In this document: one piece after another, positions 9,375-17,267 of the stretch
How positions within the stretch are numbered: the stretch's first letter is position 1
Layout: every line of letters begins with the position of its first letter
Origin: Candidatus Scalindua sp.
Lineage (GTDB): Bacteria > Planctomycetota > Brocadiia > Brocadiales > Scalinduaceae
Assembly: GCA_031316235.1 (NCBI GenBank)
Contig: JALDRA010000001.1
Coordinates: 2,070,001 to 2,102,000 of the forward strand
Direction of reading: 5' to 3'
DNA: 32,000 nucleotides
Program-made: the position numbers and the translations under genes
Notes under the pieces: generated by a model
Told to the model about the DNA's origin: nothing
Seen by the model: only the letters and a program-made list of their open reading frames with translations
Database searches by the model: none

Positions 9375-9422
9375 CTTAAATAGCGAAATCAATGAGTGTT
9401 ATTTTCAATTGATTTGCAGTCT

Positions 9423-9695
9423 TTATCGATTACTTTCTTCACACCCTTCCATCTCGTAAATGTAATACCCGTCCTTATTGATGGCCTTTTCAACATCCTC
9501 TGATGCATCTTCCATATGACAGAAGCGGCATTCTTTCGTTGTGAGCGGTTGCCCCTCTTGTCCAACCCTTTTTAGATATTCAATACCATATTGAATGACC
9601 TTTTCGTGGGTCTGACCCTCCGGGACCATAATATCAAAATGCATTGTCTCCCCGTTTTTCTTTACGACATACGTGTCATATACAGATACTTTCAT
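9423..9695 (-). CDS. DUF2024-family small protein (paralog 2)
   Basis: 90-aa ORF, paralog of 1483-1743. It carries CRFCH plus a C-terminal EGC. Confidence 0.8.
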   Translation of the reverse strand: MKVSVYDTYVVKKNGETMHFDIMVPEGQTHEKVIQYGIEYLKRVGQEGQPLTTKECRFCHMEDASEDVEKAINKDGYYIYEMEGCEESNR

Positions 9696-9903
9696 AAAAA
9701 CTCCTCTCTTCGTGAATGTAAAACTTATAAGAAACGCAATAATATCCCTCTATTGCAGACTAATCAGAATACATCATTCTACCACAGATTTTTCCACTAT
9801 CCCTAACGAATTCAAAACTGACAGGAATTTTAGCTGGTCCGCTGAGGTTGAACACCCCGGAGTTGACAAGGCAGTCTGTGAGACCATGTCATGATATCGA
9901 CAA

Positions 9904-11745
9904 TCATGTACCTTGTATTTTTAAATCCCGCATTTTTTTATGACGGGTCAATGCCAGATCATAAGCCCGTCCGATGTCAGTTTTACGCAGTAACCCGACT
10001 AAGCAGTGTGGATTATTACGGGACACAACGGGTAATTGGCCAATGTTGCGTATGCCGATACGTTGCAGCGCTTCCCCTATCGTCTCATCAGGATAAGCGA
10101 GGAGCAGCTCTCGTGTACAGGCCTCGCCGATTGTAGAGACAGCTTTTTTCTCCCCATTGCTGGCGCGATCAATGTCTTGTGCGGTGAGAATGCCGATCAA
10201 TTCATCTGTTTTATTTACCACAGGCAAACCTCTGTTCCGTGTCCGCATGAAGAGATCTATTGCTGCTTCTAACGAATCTGATTCCTGCAGGGCAACAACA
10301 TCTGTAACCATAACTTCACCTACGGTTATTGTGTCCAGGACGTCAACATCCTGTCCCTCTTTCAGACGGATACCTCTGCGTGTTAACCCCAGAGTATAAA
10401 CCGAGTCTTTTTGTAAATGCAACGACAGGAATAAACTTGCATTTACTGCAAACATCAATGGCAGAATAATTCGATAGTCGTGAGTTATTTCAAAGAGCAG
10501 AATGAAAGATGTTATTGGCGCATGGATTGTTCCTGCCAGGACAGCTGCCATCCCTACCATTGCAAAGGCAGGCGGGGAAATATTGAGAAATGGAAAAAAC
10601 TGTTGAACAACAAGTCCATATGCACTTCCAAGAGCAGCACCGGAAAAAAGAGTAGGGGTGAACACTCCGCCGTAAAAGCCGCTGCCAATGCAGACAGGAG
10701 TCAGCACCAGTTTTGCAAAAACAAGAACAAGCAGCAGTGAAACAGAAAATGATTTACCGTTTAAAATGCCTTCAATGGTTACATAACCGGTACCAAAGAT
10801 TTGTGGTAAGAAAAATCCGACTATGCCGACGGTAAGACCGGCAATTGCAGGTTTGATCCAGCGCGAGATACGCCATTTGTCGAAAATAGCCTGGGTAAAA
10901 TGATGTAAGTAAACATAGAATGCCGCGCAAGGCCCGGCCAGTATGCCCAGCCCCAGATAAAACGGCAGTTCATATAGTGAGTTTAATTCATACGCCGGAA
11001 TCTGAAATGCGGGCTGATTACCTGATATAGCCTGCGTAACGGCAGAAGATATCACTGATGCCAGAGCGACAACACCAAATGCGTTGACATTCAATTTGCC
11101 TATGATAATTTCCAATGCAAAAAATAGACCGGCAATGGGCGCATTGAAGCTGGCGGCAATACCCGCTGCCGCGCCCGCGGCAACAAGCGAGCGCACACGT
11201 TCATCAGAAAAACGTATTAATTGTCCGAACATTGAGCCCAGTGTCGCTCCAATTTGTACAGAGGGGTCTCCATGACCAACTGATGCTCCAGAGCCGATTG
11301 ACAAGGCAGAGGCAACTGTTTTAACCGGCATTTTCCGGTACTCCAGCCGTCCTCCATTTAATGCCGTTGCTTCCATGACGCCTGCTATTCCGGGATATCG
11401 TTCTTTGCCGATAATATAGTGCGCGATTAATCCTACAATGATACCTCCAAGCACAGGCAGAAGAATAACTATCCAATTATGTTGCAATCGATCAACAGGG
11501 ACGTTAAATCCGCCAAATACCGTTCTAAATGGCAGGCTGAACATCTGTTTAAAAAGCCATACTCCTGTTGCGCTGGTAACACCTACAAGCATCGCCATTG
11601 CAGCAAGTGTTACGGGCTCTGAAAACGGTTGATGATTGATGCGGTATTTGATTTTTTGTGAGAAAAACAGCCTTAAAGAGGAGAGTATTTTTTTTCTGAT
11701 AATCTCTATACGATCATCATTCCTGTTATTTTCAGTGTTTCTCAT
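9904..11745 (-). CDS. ClC-family anion channel/transporter with two C-terminal CBS domains
   Basis: 613-aa ORF. ClC core motifs are GSGASVGHGDPSVQIGA, AAGAAAGIAASFNAPIAGLFFALE, GGVFTP and APITSFILLFEITHDY. The C-terminal CBS pair includes VGEVMVTDVVAL and GQLPVV..N...LVGLL. Confidence 0.85.
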   Translation of the reverse strand: MRNTENNRNDDRIEIIRKKILSSLRLFFSQKIKYRINHQPFSEPVTLAAMAMLVGVTSATGVWLFKQMFSLPFRTVFGGFNVPVDRLQHNWIVILLPVLGGIIVGLIAHYIIGKERYPGIAGVMEATALNGGRLEYRKMPVKTVASALSIGSGASVGHGDPSVQIGATLGSMFGQLIRFSDERVRSLVAAGAAAGIAASFNAPIAGLFFALEIIIGKLNVNAFGVVALASVISSAVTQAISGNQPAFQIPAYELNSLYELPFYLGLGILAGPCAAFYVYLHHFTQAIFDKWRISRWIKPAIAGLTVGIVGFFLPQIFGTGYVTIEGILNGKSFSVSLLLVLVFAKLVLTPVCIGSGFYGGVFTPTLFSGAALGSAYGLVVQQFFPFLNISPPAFAMVGMAAVLAGTIHAPITSFILLFEITHDYRIILPLMFAVNASLFLSLHLQKDSVYTLGLTRRGIRLKEGQDVDVLDTITVGEVMVTDVVALQESDSLEAAIDLFMRTRNRGLPVVNKTDELIGILTAQDIDRASNGEKKAVSTIGEACTRELLLAYPDETIGEALQRIGIRNIGQLPVVSRNNPHCLVGLLRKTDIGRAYDLALTRHKKMRDLKIQGT

Positions 11746-11794
11746 TATAAAAATCTGACTCGAACGAGTCGGAAAAGAGTTTCAGATTTACGAA

Positions 11795-12043
11795 TTACAA
11801 TTTTTTTAAGTCTTTTATTTTTTGAGTTGGATTCATCTGTCCGGCTGCGTCATTCAGGCGGGGAAGCAAGGAGAAAGAATTCAGAACAGTAAATGACTGG
11901 GTCTCAAGTAATTTACTTACCTCATCAAGATGGTTTTCCGGGGCCTGCCGGTGCCTGAAGAACGCACACAGGCAGGTAAAATCCGAGAAATACAGAGCGG
12001 GTTCATCGGTAACCCCGTAGATGGGCAGTTTTCGTTCACGCAT
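11795..12043 (-). CDS. hypothetical protein (weak call)
   Basis: 82-aa ORF between repeat 12056-12163 and the ClC gene. I recognise no motif and it may be spurious. Confidence 0.2.
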   Translation of the reverse strand: MRERKLPIYGVTDEPALYFSDFTCLCAFFRHRQAPENHLDEVSKLLETQSFTVLNSFSLLPRLNDAAGQMNPTQKIKDLKKL

Positions 12044-12055
12044 TATTTAGAAAAA

Positions 12056-12163
12056 TCTAAAACCAAAGAGGTCTTTGTATACGCATCTCATAATGGTTTT
12101 CGGATAAAATCCGAGATAAATTTGAGTGAGTATACCTTCGCCAGGATTTGGTTTTAGTATATA
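12056..12163 (-). repeat. REP/BIME-like mosaic (inverted orientation, internally deleted)
   Basis: The complement reads tatactaaaacc/aaatcctggcgaaggtatac + tcactcaaatttatctcggattttatccgaaaaccattatgagatgcgtatac. A further unit tctaaaaccaaagaggtctttgtatac is joined through the palindrome GTATAC. Confidence 0.8.
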
Positions 12164-12302
12164 TCCATACAATTATGGTGTTAAGTGTTTATCCATTCGC
12201 ATGCATCTCCTCTGGTTTTGAGAACCCAGAGAGGCAATTTCCATGGCCGTGATTACGTTATGCCATACACATCCCTGCACGTGAATTTCTGGTCAGTAAC
12301 GC

Positions 12303-15300
12303 TTAAATGAGAGATAAACCAAAAATGGTAAGCCGCGTACGCTTATTGACACGAGCCGTTACTAATTCTGTTTTTTCAGGATACATACGAATAGTTTCGC
12401 AACGGATATTTTTTTTTCTAAGCACAAATGTCTTCATAAGAAAAGGACATACCGTTGAGGTGAATACGATCGCCATAATAAAAGAAGAAAATACCGTATC
12501 ATTAAATATCCCAGCATCTCTCCCTATTCCGGCCAAAATCAGGGTTCCCTCAAGCTTCATCGCCATTCCAAAGCCAATAACAAGACGCTTTGTACCTTTC
12601 TCAATAGGACAAAGACCGCAAAAGAGTTTTCCCATGACAGCTGCACCTGTGATAGCAAGGCCCAGAAGAACAGCGTCCAGATTAAAAAAACTTTTTAATT
12701 CTACCATTGCTCCTACTCTCACAAAAAGTATGGGTACGAGAAGGGCGTAAAATGGCCTGATATATGATTCAACATTACGGTGTTCTCCGTCGTCATAACT
12801 CCTCAACTTTACATTGCGCAGAAACAAACCGGCAATAAATGCCCCTATTACCGTATGCAGCCCGATTGATCCAAACATAAAGGCCGTTAAAAGAGACAAT
12901 ATGACAATGATAGGTATGTTCAGTCCCTCTGTTAACCTGTTTGTCAGGAAATTGCCAAATTTCTCACCGTACTTAAATATAAGTATTACTGCGGTTGTCA
13001 GGAAAAGAGCTGCAACACCAAAGCTGACCGATATACCGAGCAGGGAAACACCTCCTTCAACTACAATTCCACTGACTACGCCAAAGCTTAATATTACAAT
13101 AATTTCAGTAAGAATCGTAGCACCTACTATAACCCTTCCCTCGATAGTATTCATTATCTTTAATTCATTCAATATTGCAAATAACAACCCGGTACTTGTA
13201 CTGCAGAGAACAATAGCCAAAAGTACCTTTGAGCCAATTGAGATATCCGGGAGAAGGAAATTGCTTACAATAATTCCCAATCCGGCAGGGACAGCCATAC
13301 CCCCTAAACAGACAAGAACAGAAGAGACTCCTACCCGGAATATTGCTCTCAGATCTGTGTGAAGGCCGGCTGTTAAAAGGAGTATCAATGTTCCAAAGTA
13401 AGATATCATCTTGAGAAAAGGCATTGTCTTGAGGAAACCAAAATAATCAGAACCAAGAAAAAGATAAATGTTTCCCAGGAGCATCCCTGCTATTAATTTT
13501 CCTACTACCTTGGGATGCCTCATCGTCCCCGCTATCCATCCTCCTATTTTAGCAGCACCAAGGGCAATGACAACCGCAAGAATAATGTTGTGGGTTGGAT
13601 CTGAATGCCACATTTTCCACGTAAATAATGATTCGTCCTCACCCTCATTTGTTTCTTCAGACAGCTCTTGCGTCTCAGTTTTCTTTTTGCCTATCGATTG
13701 GTAATCGATCGGTGATTCATCTTCCTTAACGAAGATCTCCTCTTCATCGGGGGGGAGATTGAAAAGCGTTATCGGGGATGTGGCAGAAGAAGCCTCCTTA
13801 TCGGCAGCAATTTTTTTATCATCCTCATTGACAGATGAATCCTCCTGGAACTCTTTCCCCTCCACAGTATCAGAAGCGGGTATTTTCTCCTCAACTATAT
13901 CCGGAAAAGGTCTTTCATCCAGCGCCGGCAACTCTATTCCTCCCTCTTCTGCGAGGAAAGACTCTATCTCCGAAGCTGATGTCGCCGGGGAGATAGTTTT
14001 TTCTTTACCATCCGATTGCACATCCTTATCCGTATCAAGCTCTTGTTTATCTCCACTGAGGAGATAGGTCCCACCTGAAATTTCACTGTCATCGCTTCCA
14101 AATGCAGAAAGTGTTTTCTTCTCTTGAGCGGGTGCGGGAAAAGGTTCTGGTAAAACAGGAGCGATATCCTTCTCTTTTGTATACTCAGATTCTCTTTCAT
14201 CTGCATTTACCTGGCGGCTGATTGGTGGTTCATCTTCTTCCAGGAAAGAGGTATTTTCCTCATCAAAGCTGTTTTCCTGCTCTTTGTTATCTGTAACCGA
14301 TGTTTGATTCTCCTTTTCTTCTTCAATGAAAGAGGCCTCTTCATCGGGGGGAAGATTGGGAAACGTTATCGGGGATGCGGCAGAAGAAGCCTCCTTATCG
14401 GCAGCAATTTTTTGATCATCATCACTGACAGATGAATCCTCCTGGAACTCTTTCCCCTCTGTTGTATCAGAAGCGGGTATTTTCTCCTCAACTATATCCG
14501 GAGAAGGTCTTTCATTCAGTATTGACAACTCGATTTCGCTCTCTTCTCGGAGGAAAGACTCTGTTTCCGAATCCGATGTCGCCGGGGAAATAGTTTTTTC
14601 TTTACCGTCCAAATGCGCATCCTTATCGGTAAGAATCTCTTGTTTCTCTTTACTGAAAGGAGAGGTTTCACCTGAAATTTCACTCTCATCGATTCCAAAC
14701 TCAGAAAGAGCTCTCTTCTCATGAACGGAAGCAGGGAACGGTTCTGATACACGAGTAGCGGTATCTATCTCTTCCGGGAAATATCTATCTTCCACATCAA
14801 AGGTGTTTTCCTGTTCTCTGTTTTCTGTAACCGGTATCCGGCCCCTGTCTTCTTCCTCGCTGAGGGGTACTTCTTCATCGGGGGAAAGATCGGTAATTGG
14901 TAGGGGGGATGTGTCAGGAGGAGTCTCTCTGCCTGCAGCAATTTTTTGATTATCCTCGTTAACCGAGGAATCCTCCCTGAACTCTTTCCCCTCTGCGTTG
15001 GTATCGGAAGCGGGTAATTTCTCCTCAACAATCTCCGGATAGGGGCTTTCATCCAGTGTGGGTAACTCGATTCCGCTCTCCTCTCCAGGGGAAGAGTGTA
15101 TCTGCGGAGTTGGTGTCTCCGGGGAAATGTCGGTTTCTTTACCATCAGAAAGCACCTCCTTATCTGCAACAATCTCTGGAGCATCTTCACGCAGAAGAGA
15201 CGCCTCATCTGAAATTTCACTGTCATCGATTCCAAACTCAGAAAGAGTTCTCTTCTCATGAACGGAAACAGGGGACGGTTCTGATACATGTGCAGCGGTA

Positions 15301-16910
15301 TCCATCTTTTCCGGGAAATATCTATCTTCCACATCAAAGGTGTTTTTCTGTTCTCTGTTTTCTGCAACCGGTATCCGGTCCCTGTTTTCTTCCTCACTGA
15401 AGGGTACTTCTTCATCGGTGGAAAGATCGGTAATTGGTAGGAGGGATGTGTCAGGAGGAGTCTCCCTGCCGGCAGCAATTTTTTGATTATTTTCTTTGAT
15501 AGAGGGATTCGCCAGAATGGTTTTCACTTCTCTGGTGGTATCGGAAGAGAGGATCTTCTCCTCAACAGTATCCTGAGAAGTTTTTACCTCTATTGTTGTC
15601 AGCCCGATTCCGCTCTCCTCTCCAGGGGAAGAGTGTATCTGCGGAGCCGGTGTCTCCGGAGAACTATCACTTTCTTTACCATCAGAAAGCGCCTCCTTAT
15701 CTGCAACAATCACTGGAGTATCTTCACGCAGAAGAGACGTCTCATCTGAAATCACACCAGCATCGATTCTAAACTCAAAAAGAGCTCTCTTCTCATGAAC
15801 GGAAGCAGGGAACGGTTCTGATGCACGAGTAGCGGTATCCATCTTTTCCGGGAAATATCTATCTTCCTCATCAAAGGTGTTTTCCTGTTCTCTGTTCTCT
15901 GTAACCGGTATCCAGTCCCTGTTTTTTTCCTCGCTGAAGGGTACTTCTTCGTCGGTGGGAAGATCGGTAATGGGTAGGGGGGAGGATGTGTCAGGAGGAG
16001 TCTCCCTGTCGGCAGCAATTTTTTGATTATCCTCGTTAACCGAGGAATCCTCCCTGAACTCTTTCCCCTCTGCGTTGGTATTGGAAGCGGGTAATTTCTC
16101 CTCAACAATCTCCGGATAGGGGCTTTCATCCAGTGTGGGTAACTCGATTCCGCTCTCATCTCCAGGGGAAGAGTGTATCTGCGGAGTTGGTGTCTCCGGG
16201 GAAATGTCGCTTTCTTTACCATCAGAAAGCACCTCCTTACCTGCAACAATCACTGGAGTATCTTCACGCAGAAGAGACGCCTCATCTGAATCTTCGCTAC
16301 CATCAACACCAGGATCAGAAGATAGTTTCTCTTCATTGACAGGTGCAAGAAAAGGTACTGATACATAAGAAGGAGCGTCCTTCTCTTTTATATCTCGTAT
16401 ATCTCGTAACTCATTTTCCTCCGCAGTATCAGAAGCGGGTATTTTTTCCTCAACCATATCTGGAGAAGGTTTTTCATCCAGTGTTGATAACTCTATTACG
16501 CTCTCTTGTGCAAGGAAAGACTCTATCTCTTTTTCAATAGCGATCGGAACCTGTGCAGATGTGGCAGAAGAGGTGAAATCATTATGCACAGACGCAGTAA
16601 CAGGTTTTTGTAAATCAGGAGAGGCATCTTTCTTTAAAACACTTGATTGGTGGCCTTCGTAAAAAACCCATTCTTTCCAGTCCTCTTTTTTTTCCTCACT
16701 ATCAAAAGTAATAGGGCCTTCATTCGGAAGGAAGGTTTGATGATAGTTCTCCTCTGTGTCAAAAGCCTGTAGCACTTCCTTATTATTGACAGGAGTTCGT
16801 CCGAAATCCTTTGCTATTGATACATCCTCTGCTTGTCCCTGAGATAGCCACATCCCATAAAAGCAAAACAGAGAAACTGATAGCACGGTAAATACCTGTT
16901 TCAACTTCAC
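12303..16910 (-). CDS. fusion protein: signal peptide + ~1100-aa polyacidic tandem-repeat region + C-terminal cation/proton antiporter (Na+/H+ exchanger family, CPA2-like) domain
   Basis: Single 1535-aa ORF. The N-terminus is MKLKQVFTVLSVSLFCFYGMWLSQGQA. Six copies of IEL..L(D/N)E.P.P(D/E).VEEK.PAS(D/N)T lie in E/D/S/P-rich sequence. The last ~435 aa are multi-TM with IILAVVIALGAAKIGG..GKLIAGMLLG, STSTGLLFAILNEL and GAFIAGLFLRN. Confidence 0.85.
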   Translation of the reverse strand: MKLKQVFTVLSVSLFCFYGMWLSQGQAEDVSIAKDFGRTPVNNKEVLQAFDTEENYHQTFLPNEGPITFDSEEKKEDWKEWVFYEGHQSSVLKKDASPDLQKPVTASVHNDFTSSATSAQVPIAIEKEIESFLAQESVIELSTLDEKPSPDMVEEKIPASDTAEENELRDIRDIKEKDAPSYVSVPFLAPVNEEKLSSDPGVDGSEDSDEASLLREDTPVIVAGKEVLSDGKESDISPETPTPQIHSSPGDESGIELPTLDESPYPEIVEEKLPASNTNAEGKEFREDSSVNEDNQKIAADRETPPDTSSPLPITDLPTDEEVPFSEEKNRDWIPVTENREQENTFDEEDRYFPEKMDTATRASEPFPASVHEKRALFEFRIDAGVISDETSLLREDTPVIVADKEALSDGKESDSSPETPAPQIHSSPGEESGIGLTTIEVKTSQDTVEEKILSSDTTREVKTILANPSIKENNQKIAAGRETPPDTSLLPITDLSTDEEVPFSEEENRDRIPVAENREQKNTFDVEDRYFPEKMDTAAHVSEPSPVSVHEKRTLSEFGIDDSEISDEASLLREDAPEIVADKEVLSDGKETDISPETPTPQIHSSPGEESGIELPTLDESPYPEIVEEKLPASDTNAEGKEFREDSSVNEDNQKIAAGRETPPDTSPLPITDLSPDEEVPLSEEEDRGRIPVTENREQENTFDVEDRYFPEEIDTATRVSEPFPASVHEKRALSEFGIDESEISGETSPFSKEKQEILTDKDAHLDGKEKTISPATSDSETESFLREESEIELSILNERPSPDIVEEKIPASDTTEGKEFQEDSSVSDDDQKIAADKEASSAASPITFPNLPPDEEASFIEEEKENQTSVTDNKEQENSFDEENTSFLEEDEPPISRQVNADERESEYTKEKDIAPVLPEPFPAPAQEKKTLSAFGSDDSEISGGTYLLSGDKQELDTDKDVQSDGKEKTISPATSASEIESFLAEEGGIELPALDERPFPDIVEEKIPASDTVEGKEFQEDSSVNEDDKKIAADKEASSATSPITLFNLPPDEEEIFVKEDESPIDYQSIGKKKTETQELSEETNEGEDESLFTWKMWHSDPTHNIILAVVIALGAAKIGGWIAGTMRHPKVVGKLIAGMLLGNIYLFLGSDYFGFLKTMPFLKMISYFGTLILLLTAGLHTDLRAIFRVGVSSVLVCLGGMAVPAGLGIIVSNFLLPDISIGSKVLLAIVLCSTSTGLLFAILNELKIMNTIEGRVIVGATILTEIIVILSFGVVSGIVVEGGVSLLGISVSFGVAALFLTTAVILIFKYGEKFGNFLTNRLTEGLNIPIIVILSLLTAFMFGSIGLHTVIGAFIAGLFLRNVKLRSYDDGEHRNVESYIRPFYALLVPILFVRVGAMVELKSFFNLDAVLLGLAITGAAVMGKLFCGLCPIEKGTKRLVIGFGMAMKLEGTLILAGIGRDAGIFNDTVFSSFIMAIVFTSTVCPFLMKTFVLRKKNIRCETIRMYPEKTELVTARVNKRTRLTIFGLSLI
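13700..16560 (-). repeat. intragenic tandem repeat, ~537-600 bp period, about 5.5 units
   Basis: The landmark gattccgctctc recurs at 15069, 15606 and 16146 (spacing 537 and 540 nt). Diverged landmarks occur at 13934, 14532 and 16492. The three central units are near-identical by eye. Confidence 0.9.
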
Positions 16911-16977
16911 TTTATAGCCTGCATGAATATGAAAGAATCTAAATACTTCGTGGGTGTTTTAATCGCTTTTTGCTGCT

Positions 16978-17008
16978 GCCGGCAACTCCGCCAACCAAAT
17001 CAAGTATA
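16978..17008 (+). repeat. degenerate REP-like unit
   Basis: gccggcaactccgccaaccaaatcaagtata resembles the type b unit gccggcaaccaaatcctggtgaaggtat at 28418-28445. Confidence 0.4.
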
Positions 17009-17225
17009 TCAACGTTTATTTAATTTGTCAAGAAAAGGAAACGTACTACCGAAAAGCAGAAAAATCATTTTGCTTAGGCGGCTTTTGTCATACCCGAACG
17101 CCTTTATCGGGTATCCAGAGACTCGTTTCACCATAGATCCCCGCTAAAAACATGCGGGAATGACAGTTTTGGGGCAATAAATTAAATACGCAAAAACCTA
17201 ACCGGACAACGGTGAGTTTAATCAA

Positions 17226-17267
17226 ATAAGAACATTTTCCGGTTATCTGGTCGTAACATGTTCTTAT
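17226..17267 (-). terminator. candidate stem-loop terminator overlapping the SulP stop codon
   Basis: Perfect 10-bp inverted repeat ataagaacat (17226-17235) / atgttcttat (17258-17267) with a 22-nt loop. On the minus-strand RNA it is followed by UUGAUU, which is only weakly U-rich. Confidence 0.3.

Noticed and set aside
9528-9542. CRFCH in DUF2024 paralog 2 as a c-type heme attachment site
   Set aside because: There is no signal peptide or TM segment, so the protein should stay in the cytoplasm, away from the System II maturation machinery. The motif is degenerate in the paralog (CIFWH). A metal site is more plausible.
11746-11830. Possible fluoride or other riboswitch upstream of the ClC gene
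   Set aside because: The region contains only a simple hairpin (GACTCG-TT-CGAGTC within AAATCT..AGATTT) followed by a T-run. It more likely acts as a terminator-like element for upstream transcription. I see no resemblance to the crcB motif as I recall it.
13468-16540. Many track ORFs on both strands inside the giant gene (for example 14765..15478, 15752..16249, 15056..15400, 16133..16368, 13759..14067)
   Set aside because: These are shadow frames of a long, compositionally biased tandem repeat. They repeat with the same period and are fully contained in the 1535-aa ORF.
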